A DNA stretch of 64,000 nt from Vicinamibacteria bacterium (GCA_963422395.1 OY729431.1:2336001-2400000), one strand, 5' to 3'. Positions 19,416 through 30,072 are shown, counted from the first letter of the stretch. Program-made: numbers and translations. The notes: generated by a model from the sequence alone, not told the origin.

Positions 19416-21035
19416 TCAACGCTCCGGGAGGAGGGCTCGGCCGGCGAGAGCACCGGTGGCCTCGCCGTCCTCGATGGCGAATTCGCCGTTCACCAGCACA
19501 TGCACCGTCCCCTCGGAGTACCGGTGCGGGTCGTCGTAGGTCGCGCGGTCGCGGATGCGCTCGGGGTCGAGCACCGCGATGTCGGCTTTCTTCCCCTCGG
19601 CGAGAATCCCGCGGTCTTCGATCCCGAGGAACTCCGCGGCGAGGCCGGTCATGCTGCGGATCGCGAAGGGCATGGAGATCCGCTGCTGGTCGAGCACGAA
19701 GTCGCGGAGCTTCTTCGGGAACGCCCCGTTCACCCGGGGATGGCCGACCCGTGCGCCAGGCTCGAGGTCGCGGCCGTCGGTACAGGTCATCATCCAGTCC
19801 TGTTCCGCGAGGAAACCGGTGTTTTCCGGATCGTAGAGCCCGATGTTCATCACCGAGAGATTCCCCTCTTCGAGGATGCTGCGGGCGGCTTCGGGAGCGG
19901 GCACCCCCCATTCCGCCGCCACCTCGGCGAGGGTCTTTCCGTTGAGGCGGGGGCGCGGGTCGGAGAAGCGGATCTTCTCGGCGCCGCCCCGGATGGCGAG
20001 CATCTCCGCCGTCGCCTCGTCCAGGACGCGGGCGAGATCGGGGTCGGCGAAACGCGCGAGCATCGCCTCCCGACCGCCGGCGGCGGCCCAGCGGGGGACG
20101 GTGTAGGCGCGGAGGCTGGACTGGGTGGCGGTGTACACATGTTGGGCGGCGAAGACCGGGACGCCGCGCGCCCGCGCCGCCTCGACGAGCGCCGCCCCTT
20201 CGGGGGCGCGCCCGTAGTTCCGGGCGCCCTGCGCGTTGAAGTGGCTGAAGATGACTCTCGTTCCGGACTCTTCGCCGATCCGGATCGCCTCCCGGATCGA
20301 GGCCAGATAGCCGAACCCCGGGTAGGCGGCGCCGAGGTCGCGGTCGTGGGTGTCGTAGATACGGGGCTCGTACTCCGCCGCCACCCGGGCGAGCTCGATC
20401 ACCTCTTCGGTCTCCGCATAGCTGCCGGGGACATAGAAGAGGCCGGTGGAAAGCCCGAAGGCGCCCGCTTCGAGACCCTGGCGCACGAGCTCGCGCATCG
20501 CCTCGAGCTCCGCCGGAGTGGGCGCGCGGTCCTCCTCTCCGAGCACTCGGCGCCGCACCGCTCCGTGGCCCACATAGGTGAGCGCGTTGACTCCGATCCC
20601 GTGCCGTTCCCAACCCGCGAGCGTCTCCCGAACTTCGGGCGAGCCGCCGCCGTCCACTCCGAGCACGACGGTGGTGATCCCCTGGTAGAGGAACGGCAGC
20701 GCCTCCGAGGCCCATTCCTCCCCGAGCTGCGAGTGGGAGTGCATGTCGAAGAAGCCGGGGGCCACGAGCAGGCCGGCCGCCTCGAGGCTCCTCGCAGCGG
20801 TGACTCCGGCCTCCTCCGCGTTGCCGATGAAGACGATCTCGCCGCCCCGCACCGCGAGGTCGGCGACGAACGGATCCCCGCCGTTTCCGTCGTGGATCTC
20901 TCCACCCCGGATCAGCAGGTCGGCAGGCGGAGGACCGCAGCCAGCTGCGAAGAAGGCGGCAGCGAGGAGACTCGCGGCGAAGAAGACGACGGGCCGGATC
21001 GCTGGGTTTTCGAGAAGACAACGGGAAGTCGGCAT
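19416..21035 (-). CDS. N-acyl-D-amino-acid deacylase family amidohydrolase (lipoprotein)
   Basis: APGFFDMHSH, GLSTGLFYVPG, HPRVNGAFP; lipobox AAGC. Confidence 0.9.
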   Translation of the reverse strand: MPTSRCLLENPAIRPVVFFAASLLAAAFFAAGCGPPPADLLIRGGEIHDGNGGDPFVADLAVRGGEIVFIGNAEEAGVTAARSLEAAGLLVAPGFFDMHSHSQLGEEWASEALPFLYQGITTVVLGVDGGGSPEVRETLAGWERHGIGVNALTYVGHGAVRRRVLGEEDRAPTPAELEAMRELVRQGLEAGAFGLSTGLFYVPGSYAETEEVIELARVAAEYEPRIYDTHDRDLGAAYPGFGYLASIREAIRIGEESGTRVIFSHFNAQGARNYGRAPEGAALVEAARARGVPVFAAQHVYTATQSSLRAYTVPRWAAAGGREAMLARFADPDLARVLDEATAEMLAIRGGAEKIRFSDPRPRLNGKTLAEVAAEWGVPAPEAARSILEEGNLSVMNIGLYDPENTGFLAEQDWMMTCTDGRDLEPGARVGHPRVNGAFPKKLRDFVLDQQRISMPFAIRSMTGLAAEFLGIEDRGILAEGKKADIAVLDPERIRDRATYDDPHRYSEGTVHVLVNGEFAIEDGEATGALAGRALLPER

Positions 21036-21103
21036 CGCGCCGCAGTGTACGGATCGGCGCCGGCGGATCAGCAGATGCCGAATCCGGGAGAATCCCCGCG
21101 GGG

Positions 21104-22393
21104 ATGGAGAGGAGTCGAACCGTGCCGCACCAAACCTCCTTCCGCTCGCCGCAGCTGCTGGCGGCTGCAGTCGCCGCTCTCGGCCTTGCCGCCGGGTTCG
21201 GCGTTCCCGCCGCTCTCGGGGCGGAGGACTGGCCGCAGTGGCGCGGGCCGGAGCGCGACGGATCGGCGCCGGGATTCCGGGTCCCGGAAGAGTGGCCGGA
21301 GGCGCTGACCCGGCGGTGGTCGGTGGACGTCGGATTCGGCTACGCCACGCCGGTCGTGGTCGAGGGGAACCTCTGGTCGTTCGTCCGGCAGGGCGGCGAG
21401 GAGGTCCTGTTGTCCCTTGATCCGGAAACCGGCGAAACCCGCTGGCGTTCGGGGTACGCGGCCCCCTTCGAGATGAGCCCCGCGACCCGGCGGCACGGAC
21501 CGGGGCCAAAGTCCACTCCCGCCTTCGCCGACGGCCGGCTGTTCGTCCACGGGATGACCGGATCGGTGACCGCCTTCGACGCGGCGACCGGAGAACGGCT
21601 CTGGCACGTGCCGGGAACCGGAGTGGAACCGCTCTACCACACGAGCGCGTCTCCGCTCGTCCACCGGGGACTGATCATCGTCCATGTCGGGGGCCACGAC
21701 GACGGCGCGCTGACCGCATTCGACGCGGCGACCGGCAAGGTGCGCTGGAGTTGGGACGGAGACGGACCCGCGTACGGTTCCCCCCAGCTGTTCGAGCTCG
21801 ACGGGGTGGAACAGGTGGTGGTCTTCACCCAGGAACACTTCGTGGGGGTCTCCTTCGAAAGCGGCGAGCTCCTCTGGAGCCGCCCGTTCACCACCCCTTC
21901 CACGACCACTTCCCAGACCCCGCTCCGCTTTCGCGAGCTGGTGATCCAGAACGGCCGCGGCAACGGAGTCACCGCCTTCCGCGCGGCGCGCAGCGGGAAC
22001 GGCTGGACGACCGACGAGGTGTGGCGGACCGAAGCCGTTTCGCTCCACATGGCGAATCCGGTGGTGGCCGAGGGAGTGATGTTCGGACTCTCGCACCTGA
22101 ACCGCGGCCAGTACTTCGGCCTCGATCTGGAAACCGGCGAAGTGCTCTGGACCAGCGCCCCGCGCCAGGCGGAACACGCCTCGCTGGTACGCGCCGGAAA
22201 CACGATCCTGTCCCTCGAGGAGAACGCCGAACTGGCGGTGTTCCGGGCCCGCCGGAGCGGTCTCGAAGAAATCCGGCGCTATCAGGTGGCGGACAGCGCG
22301 ACCTGGGCGCAACCCGCCCTCTCCGGCGACCGCATCTTCGTCAAGGACGTGTCGAACCTGACGCTCTGGACGACGACGAGCCCTTCCCGATGA
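21104..22393 (+). CDS. PQQ-binding-like beta-propeller protein
   Basis: Signal peptide; EDWPQWRGP; repeated AFDAATG..W. Confidence 0.9.
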   Translation: MERSRTVPHQTSFRSPQLLAAAVAALGLAAGFGVPAALGAEDWPQWRGPERDGSAPGFRVPEEWPEALTRRWSVDVGFGYATPVVVEGNLWSFVRQGGEEVLLSLDPETGETRWRSGYAAPFEMSPATRRHGPGPKSTPAFADGRLFVHGMTGSVTAFDAATGERLWHVPGTGVEPLYHTSASPLVHRGLIIVHVGGHDDGALTAFDAATGKVRWSWDGDGPAYGSPQLFELDGVEQVVVFTQEHFVGVSFESGELLWSRPFTTPSTTTSQTPLRFRELVIQNGRGNGVTAFRAARSGNGWTTDEVWRTEAVSLHMANPVVAEGVMFGLSHLNRGQYFGLDLETGEVLWTSAPRQAEHASLVRAGNTILSLEENAELAVFRARRSGLEEIRRYQVADSATWAQPALSGDRIFVKDVSNLTLWTTTSPSR

Positions 22394-22516
22394 CCGCCGT
22401 CCCGAATCCACTCGCAGCGTCGATCCGCCCCCCGGTCCGCATCGCAGCGCGGCGGCCGGTCGTTGTCCGGCCCCTCGAGGGTGAGGTCGTTCCACTGCAC
22501 GTCGGCGCCTCGCTGC

Positions 22517-23917
22517 TCATCGCCCGCGGCGGTCCGCCAGCTCCTTCTGGCGGCGGCGGGAGACGCCCCCGAGAGCTTCCCGGGCGCGGCGGAGGCGCAT
22601 CCGGGTCAGAGCGCTGCCGAGCAGGACCATGGAGCCGAAGAGGGGCGTGGAGGACGCCGATCCGCTGAGCGCGAGATAGAGCGGCCGGGTGAACCGGCCC
22701 AGTCCGATTCCGAGCGAGTCGGCGACCGCCCGGAGCGCCCGGTGGACCCCCTCTTCGGTGAAGCCGTCCAGCTCCTCGAGCGCCCATTCGGCGAGCAGCA
22801 GCCACTCGGCCGCCTCTGCCGGCGCCCTTCCCCCGGCGAGGGCCTCGGCGTCCCGGCGGGGAACCTCGCCTCCCGCGAAGAGGAAACCGGCGAGCGGCGC
22901 GAAATCTCCCAGCGTCCGCATCCGGGGCTGCGCCAGCCTCGCCGCCGCTTCGAGGGTGCGGTCGTCGAATCTCCAGTCGCGCAGCAGTCGAGCGACGCCG
23001 GCGGCGTCGTGGTCCTCCCGGAGATAGCGGCCGTTCAACCAGGCCAGCTTTTCGGTGTCGAAGACCGCGCCCGCCAGCGAGATCGAAGTCAGCTCGAAGT
23101 TCGCGACGAAGGTTTCCCGATCGAACTTCTCCTCGCCCTCGGCGCGGGTCCAGACGAGCATCCCGAGGAAGTTGAGGAGCGCTTCCGGCAGAAAACCCGC
23201 CTGCCGATAGAAATCGATGGAGGTCGGGCTCTTCCGTTTGCTCAGTTTCGTGCGGTTCCGGTCGTCGTTCCGCAGCAGCGGGACATGCCAGAACGAAGGC
23301 GGCTCCCAACCGAGAGCTTCATAGAGCAGCAAGTGCTTCGGGAGCGAGGCGATCCATTCCTCGCCGCGGATCACATCGGAGATCTCCATCCGGTGGTCGT
23401 CCACCACATTCGCCAGGTGGTAGGTGGGGAAACCGTCGGACTTGAGCAGTACCGGGTCGTCCACCGAGGCCCAATCCTTCGTGAGCCCCGGGCGCAGCCG
23501 GTCGGGCAGCTCGACGCGCCCCGACGAGGGGGTGCGCAACCGGATCGCCGAAGCGCCGCCCGCTTCACCGCCGTGATCCCGGTAGGCCTTTCCGGCGGCG
23601 AGGAGCCTTTCCGCCGCCTCCCGGCAGGCATCCACCCGCTCGCTCTGGCGGTAGGGCGCGAACGGGCCGCCGCAGTCGGGTCCCTCATCCCAGTCGAGGC
23701 CCAGCCAGCGGAGCGAGCCGAGGATCGCCTCCTCCGAACTGCGGCGCGAACGCGCCCGGTCGGTGTCCTCGATCCGGAGCACGAACGCCCCGCCGTGCTT
23801 GCGCGCGAAGGCGTAGTTGAGGAGCGCCTGGTAAGCGGTCCCCACATGCGGATCCCCGGTCGGCGAGGGCGCGATCCGGGTGCGGACCGGGGCGCGCCCT
23901 CCGGTGGTCTCGGGCAC
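22517..23917 (-). CDS. gltX: Glutamate--tRNA ligase
   Basis: RIAPSPTGDPHVG, RIEDTD, IRGEEW, KLSKR. Confidence 0.92.
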   Translation of the reverse strand: MPETTGGRAPVRTRIAPSPTGDPHVGTAYQALLNYAFARKHGGAFVLRIEDTDRARSRRSSEEAILGSLRWLGLDWDEGPDCGGPFAPYRQSERVDACREAAERLLAAGKAYRDHGGEAGGASAIRLRTPSSGRVELPDRLRPGLTKDWASVDDPVLLKSDGFPTYHLANVVDDHRMEISDVIRGEEWIASLPKHLLLYEALGWEPPSFWHVPLLRNDDRNRTKLSKRKSPTSIDFYRQAGFLPEALLNFLGMLVWTRAEGEEKFDRETFVANFELTSISLAGAVFDTEKLAWLNGRYLREDHDAAGVARLLRDWRFDDRTLEAAARLAQPRMRTLGDFAPLAGFLFAGGEVPRRDAEALAGGRAPAEAAEWLLLAEWALEELDGFTEEGVHRALRAVADSLGIGLGRFTRPLYLALSGSASSTPLFGSMVLLGSALTRMRLRRAREALGGVSRRRQKELADRRGR

Positions 23918-23954
23918 GCTGTACCGCGTGGGGCGTCCCTGCGTCTACCGCGGT

Positions 23955-25826
23955 TCAGACCGTCGCGTGGCGGTGGAACGCGACCCACTCCGCGACCAGG
24001 AGCAGGAGCGCGAAGAGGGCGAACAGGGGCCAGAGAGCCGGCGCTGGAGTCCCCGCCGCCGAAAGCGGAGCGGGCGGCTCATCGGCCCAGGCGGACCGGT
24101 TCAGGTCGGAGACCCGGCGGTCGAGCAGGCTCGCCGCCACCACGATCTCCCGTCCGCCGCCAGCGGCGTAGTAGAGCGAGGGCTCGGCGGCTTGGAAGGA
24201 GACCTCGGAACCGAGCCGGCGGGACGGCACCTCCCGCCCTTCGGCGTCGAAGATGGCCCCTGCCGCCAGTTCCATCCGAACCTGGCCCAATCCGGCGCGG
24301 CGGACCTCCACATCGGTCAACCAGCTGAGCGCACGCGAGACGAACACCGGGAAGTCGGGCTGGAGCGGCAGGTTGGACCCCGACAACGGGAACGCGAAGG
24401 CGAGCCCCCGGCGGGGGAGTTCACGGGCGGCCAGCAGACCGAGCTGCGCATCGCCCAGCAGCACCTCCCAGGAGCCTTCCGAGGAATCCTCGACTGCCCG
24501 AGCGTCGAAGCCGTCCACCTCCCGCGCGAGCGCGTCCGCGAAATCGAGGCCGCGGATCAGCGGGTGTTCCGCCTTTCCGGGCCGGACCGGCAGCGTCACC
24601 GCGGCGGCGCTGCCGGAGTCGTCTCCGCTGCCCGCCACCAGCCGGGCGGGAAGCCACTCCGCCGCCCCGGACCCGGCGAAGAGCACCGGGCCCGGCGGCG
24701 GTGTTGGGGGCGCGGCCCCCTCGATCACCCACAGGTCGAAGGCCTCCGGGTCCGGATTCGCCGGCGGGTCGGGCCGCGAGAGGCTCACCCGCTGGTCCAG
24801 CCGCAGCGCGGCCTCCCAGTACGGGCTCTCCTCACCGGCAAGCAGCACCCGCAGCCGGTTCCGCGAGGGGACATAGGAGTGGGCCACATCGTCGGCGGCC
24901 AGCGCGTCCTCTCCCGAGACCGCGATCACCGCGCGGACCGGGCCGGCGACGAAGCCGGTGAGGGACACCGTCTCGCCGAGGGGCGTCCCTTCCTCGACGC
25001 GAAGGGTCCGCCGGACGGATGCGCCGCCGGCGCCGTCGATCTGGAGCACGACGACGCCCGCGTCGGTCGACCCTCCGGCAGGAACCGCGCCGTCCGTCCT
25101 TCCGGCGCCGTGCCGGACGACTTCGAGGAACGCCTCGAAGCGCCCCGGGTCCGTCGGCAGCGACCGCACATCGAAGGCGGTGATCCCGGCGTTCGGAGCG
25201 GCCTCGAAGACCGAGATCCGCTCCACACCCTCGGGAGCTGCGGGCGCCATGACGCCGTCGCCGATGAAGATCACTTCCACTCCCGGCGTGCCCGCATCGG
25301 GTTCGAGAAGATCCGAGAGGTCGGGGAAGCGGTGCTCCGCCCCGTAGATCGGAGCGAGGTTTTCGAGGGCCTCGAGGGCGGCCCGCCGCCCGCTGAACGA
25401 GCGGCCCCCGCGCTGTCCGGCGGTGTCGAGCAGCAGGAACTCGCTCGCCTCGCCGCCGGAGGCGAGGATGCGCGCGGCCTGCCCGAAGGCCCGGTCCCAG
25501 CGGGTTTCCTCGGGTGTGACCGAGGCCGCCATGCTCGGCGAGTTGTCCATCACAAGCACCACTCGACCGGCCCGGCCGCCGGCGGGAATCGGCCGGGCCA
25601 GCGCCAGGGCGACCGCGATCGCGGCGGCGAGCGCGATCGCCAGCGAGATCAGCCAGCGCCAGAAGTCCTCCCGGTGCCTCCGCTCGTCGAGCACCCGCTG
25701 CCAGATGAGGTTCGAGGGCACCACCACCGGCTGGGGCTCGGGGCGCACCCAGTAGAGCAGCAGGACCACTCCGGCGGTCAGCAGCACCCCGAGGCCGGCG
25801 AGTAGCGGGGCGGCAGCGAATTCCAT
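23955..25826 (-). CDS. BatA/VWA domain membrane protein
   Basis: BatA N-terminus (VPSNLIW; LALARP); MIDAS DNSPS; C-terminal TM. Confidence 0.85.
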   Translation of the reverse strand: MEFAAAPLLAGLGVLLTAGVVLLLYWVRPEPQPVVVPSNLIWQRVLDERRHREDFWRWLISLAIALAAAIAVALALARPIPAGGRAGRVVLVMDNSPSMAASVTPEETRWDRAFGQAARILASGGEASEFLLLDTAGQRGGRSFSGRRAALEALENLAPIYGAEHRFPDLSDLLEPDAGTPGVEVIFIGDGVMAPAAPEGVERISVFEAAPNAGITAFDVRSLPTDPGRFEAFLEVVRHGAGRTDGAVPAGGSTDAGVVVLQIDGAGGASVRRTLRVEEGTPLGETVSLTGFVAGPVRAVIAVSGEDALAADDVAHSYVPSRNRLRVLLAGEESPYWEAALRLDQRVSLSRPDPPANPDPEAFDLWVIEGAAPPTPPPGPVLFAGSGAAEWLPARLVAGSGDDSGSAAAVTLPVRPGKAEHPLIRGLDFADALAREVDGFDARAVEDSSEGSWEVLLGDAQLGLLAARELPRRGLAFAFPLSGSNLPLQPDFPVFVSRALSWLTDVEVRRAGLGQVRMELAAGAIFDAEGREVPSRRLGSEVSFQAAEPSLYYAAGGGREIVVAASLLDRRVSDLNRSAWADEPPAPLSAAGTPAPALWPLFALFALLLLVAEWVAFHRHATV

Positions 25827-25844
25827 GGGAGCCCGCGGCGAAAG

Positions 25845-26732
25845 TCAGCGAAGGAAGCGGTCCTGCTGGAAGATGGACAGGACGGCATCCTCGAACGGCT
25901 GGCCGGTGTTCGCCACCGAAAAGCCGAACCCGTAGCGGGAGCAGTAGGCGGCGATCTCGTCCCGCCACTCGCCGAGCGCTCGCTGATACCGGTCGAGCAG
26001 CCGCGGAGTGATCCGGACGCGGCGCTCGGAACCGTTTTCGCTGTCGGTGAGCAGCGCCTCGTCGGGAAGCTCCGGGTCGAGTTCCTGGGGAGTCAGCACC
26101 TGCATCACGAACATGTCGTGCTTCTGGTGGCGGCAGGCGTCGAAAGCACCCAACAGGTCTCCCTCGTCCATCAGGTCGGACAGCACCACCGCGAGCCCGC
26201 GCTTGCGGCGGGAGCCGAAGAAGGCCCGGAAACACGCCGAGAGCGAGGTCTCGCCGCCGGTGCTGCCCGCATCGAGGAAGCGGAAGGCGCGGAAGACCTG
26301 GTTACGGCCTCGCTTGGGAGGCATCCATCCCCCGATCTTCTCCCCGTACCAGGCGATCGAGATGAGATCGTGGTTCATGAGCCCGATGTAGGACAGCGCC
26401 CCCGCCATCTTGCGGGCGTAATCGAACTTGGGCGGATCGCCGAAAGCCATCGAGGCGCTCTGGTCCACGAAGAGGTACACCGGCAGGTCGGCCTCTTCGT
26501 CGAAGATCCGCAGCACCAGCTTGTCGAGGCGCAGGAACGCCTTCCAGTCCACATCTCGGGTGTCGTCGCCGTCCACATACGGACGGTAGTCGGCGAGCTC
26601 GATCCCGGTGCCGCGCTTCCTCGCCCGATGTTCGCCCCGGTGCCGGCTGGGGAGCATCCGGGTAGCCATCAGCTTGAGGTACTCGATCCGCTCCATGAAA
26701 GCGGCGTCGAAGAGAGTCTCGCGCCCGCTCAC
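25845..26732 (-). CDS. DUF58 domain protein
   Basis: ELADYRPYVDGDDTRDVDWK; VDQSASM. Confidence 0.9.
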   Translation of the reverse strand: MSGRETLFDAAFMERIEYLKLMATRMLPSRHRGEHRARKRGTGIELADYRPYVDGDDTRDVDWKAFLRLDKLVLRIFDEEADLPVYLFVDQSASMAFGDPPKFDYARKMAGALSYIGLMNHDLISIAWYGEKIGGWMPPKRGRNQVFRAFRFLDAGSTGGETSLSACFRAFFGSRRKRGLAVVLSDLMDEGDLLGAFDACRHQKHDMFVMQVLTPQELDPELPDEALLTDSENGSERRVRITPRLLDRYQRALGEWRDEIAAYCSRYGFGFSVANTGQPFEDAVLSIFQQDRFLR

Positions 26733-26778
26733 GCCGGGTGCACCCCTCCCGGAGCGCGTGGCGCGGCGGGCCGGGGCA

Positions 26779-27801
26779 TCAGTCGCCGGGAGGCGCGATC
26801 GAGGCGACGATCTCCCGCAAGATGTCGTCGGTATCCACTCGATCGGCCTCGCCCTCGAAGTTCAACAGCAGCCGGTGGCGGAGGGTCGGCAGCACGCTCT
26901 CGCGGATGTCTTCGGCCGCCACATGCACCCTGCCGGCGAGGAGTGCCCGGAATTTCCCCGAAAGGACGAGCGCCTGGGTGCCCCGCGGGCTGGCGCCGAA
27001 CTTCACATAGCGATTCGTCAGCGCGTGCGCGAACTTCGAACCCGGGTGGGTCCCCATGGTGAGGCGGATGGCGTAGTCCTGGACCGGACGCGCGATCGGC
27101 ACCGAGAGCACGGTGTCGCGCATCGCCAGGACCTCGCCGCGGTCCACCACCGCCTCGGCCTTCGGCTCCTCGACGCTCGTGGTCCGCTCCACGATCTCCC
27201 GCAGCTCGTCGTGGTCCGGGTAGCCGATCCGCAGCTTCATCAGGAAACGGTCCATCTGCGCCTCGGGCAGCGGGTAGGTGCCTTCGAGCTCGATGGGGTT
27301 CTGGGTTGCCATCACGAAGAACGGCTCCTCGAGCCGGTAGGTGGTGTTGCCGACGGAGACACTCTTCTCCTGCATCGCCTCGAGGAGCGCCGACTGGGAT
27401 TTCGGAGTGGCGCGGTTCACTTCGTCGGCGAGCATGAGGTTGCAGAAGATCGGACCCGGCTGGAAGTCGAGGACCTTCGCCCCGGTCTCGGTCTCGCGCA
27501 CCACATTCGTGCCCAGGATGTCGCCGGGCATGAGATCCGGGGTGAACTGGACGCGGTTGAAATCGAGGTGCATCGCCTCCGAGAGGGTCTGGACGATCTT
27601 CGTCTTGCCGAGGCCGGGGATACCTTCGAGGAGCACATGCCCGCGGGTGAGCAGGCAGGTGATGATCCCGCTGATGACCTCCCGGTTGCCGACGATGACC
27701 CGGCCGACCTCGGCCTGGATCCGGTCGTGGCGCTCGCGGAACGCCTGGACGCGCTGTTCGATATCCGCCGGGATTTCAGCCCGTGCGGTTTCCGGAGTCA
27801 T
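26779..27801 (-). CDS. moxR: MoxR family AAA+ ATPase
   Basis: GIPGLGKT, RVQFTPDLMPGD, ADEVNR, ATQNPIE. Confidence 0.95.
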   Translation of the reverse strand: MTPETARAEIPADIEQRVQAFRERHDRIQAEVGRVIVGNREVISGIITCLLTRGHVLLEGIPGLGKTKIVQTLSEAMHLDFNRVQFTPDLMPGDILGTNVVRETETGAKVLDFQPGPIFCNLMLADEVNRATPKSQSALLEAMQEKSVSVGNTTYRLEEPFFVMATQNPIELEGTYPLPEAQMDRFLMKLRIGYPDHDELREIVERTTSVEEPKAEAVVDRGEVLAMRDTVLSVPIARPVQDYAIRLTMGTHPGSKFAHALTNRYVKFGASPRGTQALVLSGKFRALLAGRVHVAAEDIRESVLPTLRHRLLLNFEGEADRVDTDDILREIVASIAPPGD

Positions 27802-29486
27802 GGATACTCGGCTCCCTCGGCGGTTTCGCCTTTGGATTCGCTCCCCGCCGCCGTCTCGCGGATCATGAGGAAGTAGGCGCGGACGAGGGGCCGCAGCCCC
27901 GTCGGGATGGAACGGTTGCGGAAAACCGCTTCTTCGGCGTATTCGGAGAGGGAACGGACCGAGTCGTAGGCGACGGTCGCGTCCTCGCGGCGGCTCTGCC
28001 GCTCGATGGTCTGCTCGGGAGCCGGCTCCTGTTCGGCCGGCGGCGGGATCGCCTCCATCTCCAGCTGCACCTCGAGGCTGGTCGAGGCTCCGAGCACTTC
28101 CGACGCACCGCCGCCGCCGGGCCCGGTCATGTCGCCTGCGGGTCCGGCATCCATCGGGATTGGGGCGCCCATCTGCCCCTCGGCGGCCATCATCTGAACC
28201 TGCCCGGAAAGGCCGGCGGCGCCCTGGGGCATCCCGCCCGCGGGTTCGCCGCCCTCGCCGGCCTGGGGCTGGCCGCTGCCCTCCCCATCGCCGGGGAACG
28301 GCATCTGCTGTGCCTGGCCCTCGCCCGGCGCGCTCCCCTGCTGGCCGTCCATCGCCTGGAGGTTCTCCGCGAGCTGCTGGAAAGCCTCCTCGGCAGTCAT
28401 GCCGGACTCCATGAGCTCCATCATCTCGGCCGCGGCCGCAGCGAAGGCGTCGGTTTCGGCGCCCGCTTCGAGGGATTCGAGGAGCGCCTGGAGTTCCTCG
28501 GAGCTCTGCGCGGTGCGCATCGCCTCGGAGAGGCCGTCGAGCCACTCGGAAGCGTCGGCCGGCCCGGCAGCATCCATCGCCTCGGCGAGCCCGGCGAGGG
28601 CGGCAGATACCTCTTCGCTCGTCTCCTCGAAGGCGCGCTCCTCCATGGCGGCGGCGAGCGCTGCTTGCAGAGCGTCTCCGTCCGCTGCCGAATCCTCGGG
28701 AAGCCGAAGTTCCCCAGCGCGGAGCTCGGCGAGGATCTCCTCGGGCGAGCGCGCCTCGACGCGCGCATCGGCGGCATCTTCCGCGTCCTCACCCGGATCG
28801 CGATCCGCCTCCAGCGGACCTCCGTTTTCGGAGCTGCCGGAGAAACCGGCGGCGAGCCGCTCCCGCAGAGAGTCGGGGACCAGCGGGCCTTCGGTGAAGG
28901 ACAGGACGACGGTGAGCCCGGCGAGCGCAGCGACCGCCGCGAGCGTCTTGCGGGGCGCGCGCAGAGGCAGCAGTTCCCGAGCCTCCAGCCCGTCGGCACT
29001 CTGCCGGGCGCGGGCGATCTGGTACTCCTCCCACTCGGTTCGGGACGGGGCACGGGAAAACCACTGCGCCGACGCCAGCTCGTCTCGGAGCCCGCCCCCC
29101 CGGTCACCGGCGGCGGCGGCTCGGTCGAAGCTTCCCCCGGTGAAGAAGCGGACTAGCAAGAATCCCGCCCCGCCCGCCGCGATCAGCACCGGAAGCCAGG
29201 GGAGACCGTCGCCGAAGAGCCGCGGCGCGAGCAGCGCGAGAGCCACCGCAGCGGCGGCGAAACCGAGGTCGCGGACCAGCCGGAGGATCCGAAGCCGGAG
29301 GTCGAGGCGCCGGATCAGTCCGTGGAAGGGAACGCTTTTGGAGTCGGGCAGGAAGTCGGGCAAGGGGGAGGCGCGCCGGGCAGAATTCGCGGAGTGTAGT
29401 AGCAGCGGTCGGCAGGCTGCCAAACTGCGGAGCAGCGGCAGCGGCCGGAACTCATATCGCGGGGCCGCCTCCCCGGTTCGCCGCAC
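27798..29486 (-). CDS. Membrane protein with acidic helical and Gly/Gln-rich tail (MoxR-operon associated)
   Basis: Three TM segments; acidic helical region; IP..LR.LVRAYF end; true start probably near 29330. Confidence 0.7.
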   Translation of the reverse strand: MRRTGEAAPRYEFRPLPLLRSLAACRPLLLHSANSARRASPLPDFLPDSKSVPFHGLIRRLDLRLRILRLVRDLGFAAAAVALALLAPRLFGDGLPWLPVLIAAGGAGFLLVRFFTGGSFDRAAAAGDRGGGLRDELASAQWFSRAPSRTEWEEYQIARARQSADGLEARELLPLRAPRKTLAAVAALAGLTVVLSFTEGPLVPDSLRERLAAGFSGSSENGGPLEADRDPGEDAEDAADARVEARSPEEILAELRAGELRLPEDSAADGDALQAALAAAMEERAFEETSEEVSAALAGLAEAMDAAGPADASEWLDGLSEAMRTAQSSEELQALLESLEAGAETDAFAAAAAEMMELMESGMTAEEAFQQLAENLQAMDGQQGSAPGEGQAQQMPFPGDGEGSGQPQAGEGGEPAGGMPQGAAGLSGQVQMMAAEGQMGAPIPMDAGPAGDMTGPGGGGASEVLGASTSLEVQLEMEAIPPPAEQEPAPEQTIERQSRREDATVAYDSVRSLSEYAEEAVFRNRSIPTGLRPLVRAYFLMIRETAAGSESKGETAEGAEYP

Positions 29487-29537
29487 TTATACTCACCCTC
29501 ATTAGGAAAACCGGTTCTGATCGAGGATAGTGAAACC

Positions 29538-30023
29538 ATGCAGAACATCCCGCTCTTCTTCCGTTTCCAGCAGGTAGTCTGCGGAAAGGGCTTCTTGGCC
29601 GATGTCCAGTTCGAAGGCCGGGCGACCTGTGCCAGAGAGTTCGGTTCCACTTGGATTCATGGAGTGAATCCCGGGGCGATCGCCGAGGAAGGGACGGACA
29701 TGAAGTCCGCGTATGCGAACTTTCGCAGCGCGCTCGTCGGAGTCTTCTTCGACCTCGCAGAAGAGGCGGGCAGTTTCGAGGAACTCTGTGCCGCCGCCCG
29801 GTCCTTCTACGAGGCGACCGACCGGGACAGCGTCGCCGAGTGGGAGGAAGCTCGACAGCAGATTCGGCAGGGCGCCGATCCCGGCATGGACGCCGAACTC
29901 GATCTCCGGCGCGAGTCGGGGGAACCGGACACTGGCTTTCGGGTCATCGAAGTGCTTCCGGGAGCGATCTCGCCGGCTCTGAACCATTTCGCTCCGGATC
30001 AGCCGAGCCGCCTGGCCGCTTAG
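29538..30023 (+). CDS. Hypothetical protein, putative divergent HicB-like antitoxin
   Basis: GAGGA RBS; W...VNPGAIAEEG.D...A.ANFRSAL resembles the HicB partial RNase H motif; acidic; ends RLAA. Confidence 0.6.
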   Translation: MQNIPLFFRFQQVVCGKGFLADVQFEGRATCAREFGSTWIHGVNPGAIAEEGTDMKSAYANFRSALVGVFFDLAEEAGSFEELCAAARSFYEATDRDSVAEWEEARQQIRQGADPGMDAELDLRRESGEPDTGFRVIEVLPGAISPALNHFAPDQPSRLAA

Positions 30024-30072
30024 CTGGCCGCTTAGCAGCCGGCCGCATGGGCCGGGGACCCGTTCCCGCTGG

